Positions 1 through 10,582 of a stretch of 64,000 nucleotides of DNA are shown piece after piece. The notes beneath the pieces were generated by a model. The model had not been told where the DNA came from and did no database searches. It saw only the letters and a program-made list of their open reading frames with translations. Position 1 is the stretch's first letter, and each line of letters begins with the position of its first letter. The position numbers and the translations under genes were made by a program. Where the stretch lies: NCBI GenBank assembly GCA_963711565.1, contig CAVQEQ010000001.1, positions 64,001 through 128,000 of the forward strand, in the 5' to 3' direction. This DNA comes from an uncultured delta proteobacterium. GTDB taxonomy: Bacteria > Desulfobacterota > Binatia > Binatales > Binataceae.

Positions 1-471
1 ACTCCTCACATCGTCGCGCTCGATCTAATGTATAATGCACTGGATACTCTGCTCATCAATAGTACGCAATGGAACTATACTGCATCGAATCGCAACGATC
101 TGGCTATTGGCGACGGCTGGAACCAGGAGGATCTGAGTATCTTCTCGCGCGACCAACAGACTAATCGCGATGATATCAACAGCGGCGGCCGCGCGCTCGC
201 CGGTTTCGTCAGACCCTACGCGATGGCGACACAGGGTATTCCGCGCAAGATGAAATTCGATCGCGTTACGGGACTGTTCGATTACACTTTCGAGGCCGCT
301 CCATCCGCGGCCCGTGCGACCGAGATCTTTGTCCCGCGCCTCCAATATCCTCACGGATGCGAGATTGAAGTGATCGGCGGGATTGCCGAGCTGGATCTCG
401 ACAACCAGCGCGCCGTTATCAAGGTCGAGCAGGCCGGAGAAGTGCGCATCGTCATCTGCCGCAAAGCCTGA
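1..471 (+). CDS. Glycoside hydrolase family 5 (endoglycoceramidase/steryl-glucosidase-like), C-terminal part; 5'-truncated by the window
   Basis: Frame open from base 1; WNYT...GDGWNQEDLSIFS, RPY and TEIFVP..YP motifs. Confidence 0.75.
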   Translation, partial: TPHIVALDLMYNALDTLLINSTQWNYTASNRNDLAIGDGWNQEDLSIFSRDQQTNRDDINSGGRALAGFVRPYAMATQGIPRKMKFDRVTGLFDYTFEAAPSAARATEIFVPRLQYPHGCEIEVIGGIAELDLDNQRAVIKVEQAGEVRIVICRKA

Positions 472-487
472 GCAGGAGGTGTTCGCG

Positions 488-892
488 ATGACTACGGGAA
501 GCTGTCTGTGCGGTGGCGTGGCTTTCGAGGCCAGCGATCAAATCGAGTTGCGCAATTGTCATTGCTCGCGATGCCACAAGGCGCGTGGCGCGGCATACGC
601 CGCCAACCTGTTCGTGCCGAAGAGATCATTCCGGTGGCTTCGCGGCGAAGACCTCGTGATCACCTATCGGCTGCCGAACACGCAAAGATTTGGAAATTCG
701 TTCTGCCGTATTTGTGGCAGTCCGATGCCGCGAGCGGTTCCGACTCGCGACCTGGTGCTGATTCCGGCGGGCGCGCTCGACGACGACCCAAAAATTCGGA
801 CGAACTATCACATCTACGTCGGCTCGAAGGCTCCGTGGCACGAGATCACCGACGACCGCCCGCAATATCCCGAGGGCCCTCCGCCCGCGTGA
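488..892 (+). CDS. GFA family (CENP-V/GFA) zinc protein
   Basis: GSCLCG, CHCSRC, FCRICGS; SD GGAGG before ATG 488. Confidence 0.9.
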   Translation: MTTGSCLCGGVAFEASDQIELRNCHCSRCHKARGAAYAANLFVPKRSFRWLRGEDLVITYRLPNTQRFGNSFCRICGSPMPRAVPTRDLVLIPAGALDDDPKIRTNYHIYVGSKAPWHEITDDRPQYPEGPPPA

Positions 893-910
893 GGCGGATT
901 GTTTAGTTCG

Positions 911-1810
911 CTAGCTGTATTTGCGTTCCCGCCACCACGGAAAGTACGAGGGCAGGTCCTTCGAGACCTTGTCAGGAAATTTCGCCGGACGCTTTTCCAG
1001 AAACGACGCGACGCCTTCCTTCACATCCGCCGACGAGCCGCGCGCGAAAATTCCGCGACTGTCGATCTTGTGCGCTTCCATCGGATGGTCCGCGCCCGCC
1101 ATCTTCCAGAGCATCTGGCGTATCAGCGCGACCGACACTTGCGACGTGTTGTCGGCTATCTCGCGCGCGAGCGCCCGCGCCGCCGGAATAAGTTGATCGG
1201 GTTTGTAGATCTTCTTGATCAGTCCGCCTTCGAGCGCTTCTTCTGCGGGGAACACGCGTCCCGTGAATGTCCATTCCAGTGCCTGCGAGATGCCGACGAT
1301 TTTCGGCAGGAACCAGCTCGAGCACGCCTCCGGCACGATCCCGCGCCGCGCGAACACGAAACCGAAGCGCGCATTCTCCGACGCCAGCCGCACATCCATC
1401 GCGAGCTGCATCGTCACGCCGACGCCCACCGCCGGACCGTTCACCGCCGCAATCACCGGCTTCAAACATTCGAAGATGCGCAGCGTCAACCGCCCGCCGC
1501 CGTCGCGAACCGCCTCGTTGCTCCAATCCACGCTGCCGTCGGCCCTGATCGCGGCTTTCCTGTCCGGACGATCCTCGCGCGACGAGTCGAACGTCCTCGG
1601 ACCCGCCGACAGGTCCGCCCCCGCGCAGAACGCGCGCCCCGCGCCGGTCACAATGATCGCGCGCACGTTGTCGTCCGCGTCCGCCTTGTCGAACGCGTCG
1701 ATCATCTCGTTCATCATGATGCCGGTGAAGGCGTTGAGCTTCTCCGGCCGGTTGAGCGTGATCGTCGCGATATTGTCGGCGACCTCGTAAATGATCTGTT
1801 CGTACGCCAT
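911..1810 (-). CDS. Enoyl-CoA hydratase/isomerase (crotonase) family
   Basis: ITLNRPEKLNAF, FCAGADL, KPVIAAVNGPAVGVG. Confidence 0.92.
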   Translation of the reverse strand: MAYEQIIYEVADNIATITLNRPEKLNAFTGIMMNEMIDAFDKADADDNVRAIIVTGAGRAFCAGADLSAGPRTFDSSREDRPDRKAAIRADGSVDWSNEAVRDGGGRLTLRIFECLKPVIAAVNGPAVGVGVTMQLAMDVRLASENARFGFVFARRGIVPEACSSWFLPKIVGISQALEWTFTGRVFPAEEALEGGLIKKIYKPDQLIPAARALAREIADNTSQVSVALIRQMLWKMAGADHPMEAHKIDSRGIFARGSSADVKEGVASFLEKRPAKFPDKVSKDLPSYFPWWRERKYS

Positions 1811-1824
1811 CGACTAATCTCCGC

Positions 1825-2291
1825 CTACTTCACGAACAGCATCAGAGCTTCGTACACGACCGCCGGCTTTTGCGAACCGACGACCTGGATTTCCGTTTCG
1901 CGCGTGAGCATCGTGCCCATCGGCCGCGGCTCGACCGCGATCAGCCGCGAGCGCGCGTGCACGCTGGCGCCGGCGGCACGGGCGCGACGAAGCGCAGTTT
2001 GTTCGCGCCGTAGTTCACTACGTTGCGAAATCCGACGACCGCGTACTCATCGGTATTCTTGAACGCCGGCAGCAGGCTCAGCGTCAGAAATCCGTGCGCT
2101 ACCGGCCCGCCGAACGGACTTTCCTTTTTGCACCGCTCGATATCGATATGAATCCATTGATGGTCGCCGGTCACGTCGGCGAACTGGTTGATTTTTTCCT
2201 GCGTCACGTGAATCGGCTCGCTCCACGGGCCGAATTCCTTGCCGATCTTCGCGGTGAGCGCGGGTATATCGTCAAACTTGATCGTCTGCAT
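1825..2291 (-). CDS. MaoC-like dehydratase; one-base frameshift near 1975
   Basis: FADVTGDHQWIH and AHGFLTLSL; adding one base after ..RFVAPVP restores AGASVHARSRL...EALMLFVK* ending at 1825. Confidence 0.85.
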
Positions 2292-2380
2292 CGTCGTCTC
2301 CTCTATGTTTCGATTGCAAGCAAACCCTGGCGGGCTTATCCGGTTCTAGCCGACTAGGGTTTCGTTATGCAACTGAAACT

Positions 2381-2457
2381 GTGGCACAGGCTTTAGCCTG
2401 TGATTTCCCGGACCATGCAAATCCAGGCTGAAGACCACAGGCTAAAGCCTGTGCCAC
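2381..2457. repeat. REP-like doublet: perfect 22-bp inverted repeat with 33-bp spacer
   Basis: GTGGCACAGGCTTTAGCCTGTG (2381-2402) / CACAGGCTAAAGCCTGTGCCAC (2436-2457); each arm is itself a hairpin. Confidence 0.9.
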
Positions 2458-2522
2458 TGTGTTTCGAGACTCACTTCGAGGAGAGAATTTAAGCAGCCAG
2501 GACTCAGCTACTGAACGAGGGC

Positions 2523-2903
2523 TCAGTGACGCGGAATTTCGATCGGCCCCAGGCAGAGATTTGCTTCGGGAGGGTGACGCGTAATCGTGAACGAAAACCC
2601 CGGCGCGTACGTCGGACCACCCTGCTGCAAATTGGCCATCTGCTCAAACTCGGGATAATTGCTCTGCGGATTCGCGGACGGCGCGCATTTCCGAGGTGCG
2701 ACATCGCTGGCTGCCGAATCATTCGCGAAATGATTCTCGTCTGAGAAATTTGAGAAATCCGTTGAGGCGAGCGTTGTGCGTGTATAACCGCAATTAACCC
2801 CATCTGAGCATTCTGAGCCCCATGCGTTATTCAACGCGTAGCCAAGCGCGATAAAGAGCAGAATGGTCATCCAGAATCCCAGGGATAAAAACATCTTTCC
2901 CAT
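2523..2903 (-). CDS. Hypothetical exported or membrane-anchored protein
   Basis: 126-aa ORF, hydrophobic N-terminus, four Cys, GAGG SD, sigma-54-like site upstream. Confidence 0.55.
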   Translation of the reverse strand: MGKMFLSLGFWMTILLFIALGYALNNAWGSECSDGVNCGYTRTTLASTDFSNFSDENHFANDSAASDVAPRKCAPSANPQSNYPEFEQMANLQQGGPTYAPGFSFTITRHPPEANLCLGPIEIPRH

Positions 2904-2931
2904 GGCCGTCTTCCTCTAAGGGATCGAAGGG

Positions 2932-2947
2932 AGCATTTTTCATGCCC
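2932..2947 (-). promoter_or_regulatory. Putative sigma-54 (-24/-12) promoter
   Basis: Minus strand GGGCATGAAAAATGCT (GG-N10-GC). Confidence 0.5.
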
Positions 2948-3042
2948 ACACGAACCCGCGAGAATTCGAGACGACCCGTTACCCCGAGACCTATAGACTT
3001 TACAGCTTTCCGAAAAAATCCAGAGACTGTAACTCTTACTGC

Positions 3043-4341
<1,299 letters not shown>

Positions 4342-4458
4342 AATCATCCTCCGTGGTAGAGTGTTGTCCCGCCGACGAGCTCGGCTGAGACTCACACGCG
4401 GATTCTCGCCAATGCGCGATGCCTTTACCAGAGCACGACAAACGTTGCGGCAGCGCTT

Positions 4459-4727
4459 AATCCTAACCTCTCCTTGTCCGAGGAGAGGTCGGCGAAAGCC
4501 GCTTGAAAAGTGGTGTCGCCGGGTGAGGTGCAACGCCGGACAACTCATCAACGCCTAGTCGTCTAATCTCAATTCACAGACACCGGTTCTGCTGCCAGAC
4601 CGCAGCACCACTTTCCGACGTGCTGCAAAAGGTCAGCGTGCTGAATGCGACGGCCAACGTTGCACCTCACCCGTCGCTTGCCTGCGGCGCGCGGCGACCT
4701 CCCCTCGGACAAGGGGAGGTTGGGATT
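4459..4727. repeat. MITE/REP-like element with ~70-75-bp imperfect terminal inverted repeats
   Basis: AATCCTAACCTCTCCTTGTCCGAGGAGAGGTCG...CGGGTGAGGTGCAACG (4459-4535) is mirrored by CGTTGCACCTCACCCG...CGACCTCCCCTCGGACAAGGGGAGGTTGGGATT (4658-4727). Confidence 0.8.
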
Positions 4728-4803
4728 CGGAATGCTTGCTTTGCGATCCGCCTCTGGAATCCTTTGCCGCGCCAAAGCAAACTGAGCTTGGAAGCATCGC
4801 CCC

Positions 4804-5841
4804 GTGAAACTCTCGATCATCGACCAGTGCCCTGTTCCTGCCGGCTTCACCGCCGCCGACGCGTTTCGCAACACTATCGAGCTTGCGCGACTCGCGGATC
4901 GCCTCGGCTTCGAGCGCTACTGGATCGCCGAGCATCACGCGACCGGCGCATTCGCCAGTCCCGCGCCCGAAGTGCTCATCGCGCGCGTCGGCGCCGAGAC
5001 TTCGCACATCCGCGTCGGCTCGGGTGGCGTGATGCTCCCGCATTACAGCCCGATGAAAGTGGCCGAGACCTTCCGCGTCCTGCATGCGCTGTATCCTGGC
5101 CGCATCGATCTTGGCATCGGCCGCGCGCCCGGCGGCAGCCCGCTCGATTCATTCGCGTTGCGGCGCGATCGCAGCGCCCAGCCGACCGAAGACGACTTCC
5201 CCAAGCAACTGCTCGAGCTGATCGCTTTCCTGCACGGCGGCTTCCGCCCCGACCACGCCTTCAGCCGCATCGAGCTATCACCCGCGATGCCCGGTGCGCC
5301 CGAGGTCTGGCTGCTCGGCTCGAGCATGTGGAGCGCGGCCGCCGCGGCGCAGCTCGGATTGCCTTACGCCTTCGCGCACTTCATCGATCCCACGCACACG
5401 CGGGCCGCCGTCGAGTACTACCGCTCCCACTTCATCGCCTCGAACGAATTGTCCCAGCCCACCGCTATCCTCGGGATTGGCGCGATCTGCGCACCCACCG
5501 ACGCCGAAGCCGAGCGGATGGCCTCGAGCGTGCGGCTATTCGTGCGTCACGCGCGCCAAGGCAACCGCGGACCGATTCCGACGCCCGAAGAAGCACTCGC
5601 GGAACTCGGACCCGGACCTTTGCCCGATGACGTGATGATGCGCGAGACCGGCGAATGGCCGCGCGCGATCATCGGCACACCGTTCCACGTCCGCGACACG
5701 CTGGTGGACATCGCAAGCATCTTGCACATCGCCGAAGTGATGCTCGTGACCGTAGTCCACGACCATCAAGCTCGAATGCGCTCCCACGAACTCCTCGCCA
5801 AGGCTTTCAACCTCATATCGATCCACACGCCTGCTCATTGA
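4804..5841 (+). CDS. LLM-class flavin-dependent oxidoreductase (luciferase-like)
   Basis: YWIAEHH, IRVGSGGVMLPHYSP, GRIDLGIGRAPG. Confidence 0.92.
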   Translation: MKLSIIDQCPVPAGFTAADAFRNTIELARLADRLGFERYWIAEHHATGAFASPAPEVLIARVGAETSHIRVGSGGVMLPHYSPMKVAETFRVLHALYPGRIDLGIGRAPGGSPLDSFALRRDRSAQPTEDDFPKQLLELIAFLHGGFRPDHAFSRIELSPAMPGAPEVWLLGSSMWSAAAAAQLGLPYAFAHFIDPTHTRAAVEYYRSHFIASNELSQPTAILGIGAICAPTDAEAERMASSVRLFVRHARQGNRGPIPTPEEALAELGPGPLPDDVMMRETGEWPRAIIGTPFHVRDTLVDIASILHIAEVMLVTVVHDHQARMRSHELLAKAFNLISIHTPAH

Positions 5842-5895
5842 CGCAGGCGCGCGCTCGCTCTAAAGAGGGTGATGCCGGGGGGCGGGAGAAAAACA

Positions 5896-6951
5896 ATGGC
5901 TGTCGATGGAAACAAACTTCAGGAACTAATCGGCAAAATGCTGGGCAACGTCGGCGCCGCGATGGGCACGGCGCTCGTGCTGCTCGGCGAGAAGTTTGGC
6001 TTTTATAAGACGCTCGCCGCCGCGGGACCGTTGACGCCCGCCGAACTCGCGTCGAAGACCGGAACTGTCGAGCGTTACGTGCGCGAATGGGCCTCGCAGC
6101 AAGCGGCTGCCGGCTATATCAACTACGACGCGCAGTCTGGCCGCTTTTCGATCTCACCCGAGCAGGCGCTGGTGCTCGCCGATGAAGGCGGTCCGGCGTT
6201 CTTTCCTGCCATGTACGAGATTGCAGCCACTACTGTCCGCGATGAACCCAAGGTAGCCAACGCGTTTCGCAACGGCGGCGGCGTCGGATGGCACGAGCAC
6301 GATCCGGGTCTGTTCCGCGGCACCGAGCGCTTCTTCCGCCCCGGCTACGCGATGCATCTCGTTTCCGAATGGATACCCGCGCTCGACGGCGTCCGCGAGA
6401 AACTGGAGCGCGGCGCGCGTGTCGCTGACGTCGGATGCGGCCACGGCGCTTCGGTAGTCCTGATGGCGAAAGCGTTCCCGAAATCCCGATTCTTCGGCTT
6501 CGACTATCACGAGCCGTCGATCGATCGCGCCCGTGAAATCGCCCGCGCCGAGGGCGTCGCCGATCGCGCCATCTTCGAGCGCGCCTCGGCCAAAGACTAT
6601 TCGGGAACCTTCGACCTGGTCGCGTTCTTCGATTGCCTGCACGACATGGGCGATCCGGTCGGTGCGGCCGCGCACGTGAAAAGCACGCTCGCTGAAGACG
6701 GAACCTGGATGGTGGTCGAGCCGTTTGGCAACGACCGCCTCGAGGACAACCTCAATCCGATCGGCCGGCTGTTCTACGCAGCATCCACGATGATCTGCGT
6801 GCCCGCGTCATTGTCACAGGAAGTGGGACTGGGCCTCGGCACTCAAGCGGGAGAAGCGCGCCTGCGCCAGGTGCTCGCGGCGGGAGGATTCTCCCGCGTA
6901 CGCCGCGCAACCGCGACGCCGTTCAACCTGGTCCTCGAAGCGCGCCCGTGA
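5896..6951 (+). CDS. Class I SAM-dependent methyltransferase with N-terminal winged helix
   Basis: ERYVREW helix; VADVGCGHG; FFDCLHDMGDP. Confidence 0.9.
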   Translation: MAVDGNKLQELIGKMLGNVGAAMGTALVLLGEKFGFYKTLAAAGPLTPAELASKTGTVERYVREWASQQAAAGYINYDAQSGRFSISPEQALVLADEGGPAFFPAMYEIAATTVRDEPKVANAFRNGGGVGWHEHDPGLFRGTERFFRPGYAMHLVSEWIPALDGVREKLERGARVADVGCGHGASVVLMAKAFPKSRFFGFDYHEPSIDRAREIARAEGVADRAIFERASAKDYSGTFDLVAFFDCLHDMGDPVGAAAHVKSTLAEDGTWMVVEPFGNDRLEDNLNPIGRLFYAASTMICVPASLSQEVGLGLGTQAGEARLRQVLAAGGFSRVRRATATPFNLVLEARP

Positions 6952-6967
6952 GCCCGCGCTCTCGACC

Positions 6968-8095
6968 TTAGAAGGCGGAGAATTCGCCGCTCTCGATCAG
7001 CTTGACCGGCGTCCCTTCGACTTCTTTGGGCGCGGCCGCTTGCGCCTGAGGCGTCAGCTTGTCAACGTAGATCACAATCGTCGTCTGACCGGGCTGATCG
7101 CCGGCGCCGATTCCGGTGCCGACTGCTCCCGGGATCTTCATAAGCGCGTCCTCATGGCGGTCCCGAACCGCACCGGCCGTCGCGACGGCCTGCGCCGACA
7201 GACCTTCATTCTGGGATTCACCTTCTGCTTGTGCCGGAGCCGCGTCTCCCGTGCAACTGCCCACCATCGAAACGTCGAGCTTGCTCAACACCGTGGAAAT
7301 TGGATTGGCTATGATCAGTCCGCTAGTTGAGCCCGCAAACAGCAGTGCCACTGCCTGTGGGCAATAATCGTCGGTTACGATCAACGAGCCGGAGTCGCCG
7401 GCCGCGCCAAAGGTCGGGGTTGAAACGCTTCCAGTTACCGTAATCTGGTCTACAAACTTGGCCAGTTTCGGCTTCTTGGTATCGGAGTAGTTTACCTTCA
7501 AATGGACATCCAGCTGCACGATCCCCCCGGTGGTGAGACAAGTCGTGCGACCCATTTTCTGCACAGCCATCCCAATTATAGGCGTCGCCACCGAGCTTGA
7601 GATCCCCCCGACAAAAAGGATTTCAGGGCTGACGTCTTCCGGATTTACCGCCGCGATGGCGGCGTCAACGAAGTTCTTGCTGCCGTCGAACTTGAGTTTG
7701 ACCTTGCGGCTGAACGTTGCGACCGCGTTGTTCGGCCCCTGCAGGCAGTCTGTGTCCGCCAGTCCGGGCTGCACGATGAGCTGGCCGGGCCGAGCCTTAT
7801 TCTGGTCCGCTAGCACGTGATTATTGCTGAGGATATATTCGTTTTCCTCTGAATCCTCGACCATCGACCCCAACGTCCCACTGTAACAACCATTGGGCTT
7901 TCCATTTTTGAGGAAGAGAAGCGAGTTGAGATTTCCGCCCGAAACGCCCAGCTCAATCGGGCGGACCTGCGCCGTTTCCTGAGGGTTGTTATCACACTCG
8001 GCGGGAGCCGCGGCGGACGCATTTTGTGGCGCGGACGCAACACCGATCGCAAGCATGCAAGCAACCAAAGCTGCTGCCTTCGTCTTATAGCTCAT
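6968..8095 (-). CDS. Secreted trypsin-fold (Nal1-like) serine protease
   Basis: Signal peptide; triad motifs LSNNHVL, VDAAIA, GDSGS; KMGRTT. Confidence 0.82.
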   Translation of the reverse strand: MSYKTKAAALVACMLAIGVASAPQNASAAAPAECDNNPQETAQVRPIELGVSGGNLNSLLFLKNGKPNGCYSGTLGSMVEDSEENEYILSNNHVLADQNKARPGQLIVQPGLADTDCLQGPNNAVATFSRKVKLKFDGSKNFVDAAIAAVNPEDVSPEILFVGGISSSVATPIIGMAVQKMGRTTCLTTGGIVQLDVHLKVNYSDTKKPKLAKFVDQITVTGSVSTPTFGAAGDSGSLIVTDDYCPQAVALLFAGSTSGLIIANPISTVLSKLDVSMVGSCTGDAAPAQAEGESQNEGLSAQAVATAGAVRDRHEDALMKIPGAVGTGIGAGDQPGQTTIVIYVDKLTPQAQAAAPKEVEGTPVKLIESGEFSAF

Positions 8096-8164
8096 AGTTT
8101 CTCCCCATTACTCCCCATCTTTCCCCTCTCGAAAATTGATACCCAGACTCGATCAGGCACTTAG

Positions 8165-8180
8165 AGCAAGATTTGCACCA
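8165..8180 (-). promoter_or_regulatory. Putative sigma-54 promoter of the protease
   Basis: Minus strand TGGTGCAAATCTTGCT, ~70 bp above ATG. Confidence 0.6.
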
Positions 8181-8231
8181 GAGGTAAGTCCCCCACTAGC
8201 AAAAGCACGCTATATGGACTCAAATCAAGCG

Positions 8232-8885
8232 TTAACAGGCGTCGAGCAGCGATAACAATGCACCAAGAGCACGGTCACCAGCCTCAAGCGCCAGTTTATG
8301 GTCGCGCTCGTCGGTGCAATGCCGCGTCAGCAGCTCGGCACCCGTCCGCGCATGCCACACGTCGGCCTGTTCATGCACCTTGAAAAAGGCGAGTCCGCGC
8401 TCGTCGGTGACGCCGTAAAATCGCCTGAGACCATCGATTTTCGCAGTCGCCACGCTGGGAATTTGCGATTCGTAGGCGTACAAGGCGGCAAGCCCGCTCG
8501 GCACGTGCCCGCTCTCAGCGATCTCTGTGAACGCGCGGACGAGCCCGATACTCGACGCCGACGTGATTGAATCGGTCACCCGCTCGCGCGATACGCCGAT
8601 CGCCTCGGCGAAGCGGATCCATAGCTCGGGATGGTTCTCCGCGCCGCGCTCTTCCTCGATTAGATTTTCGAGTAGCGCCTGGCGCGTCGCGATATCGGCG
8701 CATCGCGAATGAATCGCACTCAGGTACCGCGGGAACGCCGCGACATGCGGATAGTATTCGACGGCGTAGTTCTGCAGCCGTTCGAGCGAGAGCGTGCCCG
8801 CAGTCCAGGCTTGGTAGAACGGATGCTTGAGCAGCGAACGCTCGGAAATCATCGAATCAAGAGTAGCGACTACATCACGCGGCAT
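8232..8885 (-). CDS. CADD/PqqC-like dimetal oxidase (putative p-aminobenzoate synthase)
   Basis: LLKHPFYQAW, EYY, NLIEEE, NHPELW, YAYESQIP, KIDGL, FFKVHEQADVWH. Confidence 0.85.
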   Translation of the reverse strand: MPRDVVATLDSMISERSLLKHPFYQAWTAGTLSLERLQNYAVEYYPHVAAFPRYLSAIHSRCADIATRQALLENLIEEERGAENHPELWIRFAEAIGVSRERVTDSITSASSIGLVRAFTEIAESGHVPSGLAALYAYESQIPSVATAKIDGLRRFYGVTDERGLAFFKVHEQADVWHARTGAELLTRHCTDERDHKLALEAGDRALGALLSLLDAC

Positions 8886-8998
8886 TGGGACCCTCCCGCA
8901 TCGGGAGCGCGATTATTTAGATCCGGCGCTCCGATGGGCCGCTATGATGCTTAACCGTGACGCCGGAATCAACGGCCGTCTTTGGTACAAATGAACGT

Positions 8999-10390
8999 TT
9001 AGATCGGCGGATGCTTATCCTTCCACGGGCGGGCGCGCTCGAACTCTGCCGCCAGCGCGATTATGCCGGCCTCGTCGCCGGGACGACCGACAATTTGAAG
9101 CGCGAGCGGCAATCCCGCCTTGCTGAATCCGTTGGGAATCGAAATAGCGGGCTGCCCCGTCGAGTTGAACGGGAACGTGAACGCGATCCATCCGTAGATT
9201 TCGTCGGCGCCGGTCTCGGGATTCGACGGCAGCGTGCCGAGCCGCACCGCGGGCCGCGTGAGCGTCGGCGCGATCAACGCGTCGTACGGCATCAACGTAT
9301 GGATGATTTCGCGCGAGGTGTTGTGCATCCCGGTCACCGCGCGGATGTAATCGGCGGCGGAAATTTTCTGGCCCCATTCATAAGTTCCGCGCACGGCGGG
9401 CTCGAGCAGTTCCGGCTTGGGGATGTTCAGCGCGGACACCGACGCGCCGACGATCACGCGTGCAAATTTGCCGAGCATCGCGCCGGGATCGAGCGCGATC
9501 GGCTCGATGCTATGCCCCATCTCGCGGAACACGCCGCAGGCGGCCTCGAGCGCCGCGAGAGTCTCGCCGTCCACCGTTCCGAGCGCGCTCTTGTTGATCA
9601 GCGCGAGTCGAAGTTTTTTCGGATGCGCCGAAACCTCCTCGACGAAGGGACGCGTATGCGGCCGCGCCGCGTAAGGATCGCCCGGCATCATTCCCGCCAT
9701 CGCATCGAGCATCAGCGCCGCGTCGCGGACCGTGCGCGCGATCGGGCCGGTCGTTGACAGCCCGCCCCAGGATTCGCCCTCAGACGGCGCGCGCGTAATT
9801 CGCCCGCGCGCCGGCTTGATTCCCACCAGCCCGCAGCATGCCGACGGGATTCGTACCGACCCGCCGCCGTCGCTGCCCTGCGCCACCGGATGCAATCCCG
9901 CAGCGACCGCCGATGCCGCTCCGCCGCTCGACCCGCCCGCGGTATGTTCGAGGTTCCATGGATTCCGCGCCGGCGGACACAGACCGCCCTCGGTGGTCGG
10001 TCGCAGCCCGAATTCCGGCGTAGTGGTTTTGCCGAGCAGGATTCCACCGGAGTTCGCCAGCCGCACCGCAAGCTCCGCGTCCGCCGGCGCATACCAGTTC
10101 TCGTAGTTCTTCGATCCGAATGTCGTCCGAATGTCCTTCGTCCACAGCAAATCCTTGAGCGAGTACGCGACGCCAAACAGCGGCAGCTTGACCCCATCCG
10201 AAGCGCTCATCTTTTCAATCCGCGCCGCATCCGCAAGCGTGCGCTCGGCAGTGATGGTCATGAACGCGCCCAGCTTCGGATTCAGCTTCTCGACGCGCGC
10301 CAGAAAAAATTCAGCAACCTCACGCGGCCGCACCTCCTTCTTGAGGACCAACTCGCGCAGTTCGTAAGCCTCGATGTAAGGATTCAGCAT
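8999..10390 (-). CDS. Amidase signature family protein
   Basis: GGSSGG, GSDGGGSVRIP, KD motif; SD favours ATG 10390. Confidence 0.92.
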   Translation of the reverse strand: MLNPYIEAYELRELVLKKEVRPREVAEFFLARVEKLNPKLGAFMTITAERTLADAARIEKMSASDGVKLPLFGVAYSLKDLLWTKDIRTTFGSKNYENWYAPADAELAVRLANSGGILLGKTTTPEFGLRPTTEGGLCPPARNPWNLEHTAGGSSGGAASAVAAGLHPVAQGSDGGGSVRIPSACCGLVGIKPARGRITRAPSEGESWGGLSTTGPIARTVRDAALMLDAMAGMMPGDPYAARPHTRPFVEEVSAHPKKLRLALINKSALGTVDGETLAALEAACGVFREMGHSIEPIALDPGAMLGKFARVIVGASVSALNIPKPELLEPAVRGTYEWGQKISAADYIRAVTGMHNTSREIIHTLMPYDALIAPTLTRPAVRLGTLPSNPETGADEIYGWIAFTFPFNSTGQPAISIPNGFSKAGLPLALQIVGRPGDEAGIIALAAEFERARPWKDKHPPI

Positions 10391-10582
10391 CGCGTTCACC
10401 TCCGGACAAAATCCTAGTTAGCCCAAATCGAAGCCGCCCGCTAACGCGGAGCCGCCACCCCTGAGAGCAAAGTAGCGCGCCGCGCGCAACTTTGCGCTTC
10501 GCACTGGGTGCAGGGGTCACCCCTGCCGCCCGCCGCGCAGGCGATTATTCTTTCCTGGAGACTCCGCCGTTTCGAGTAGCAT

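Noticed and set aside
8232-8885. pqqC of a PQQ operon
   Set aside because: No pqqA/B/D/E nearby and the motifs fit the CADD subgroup better.
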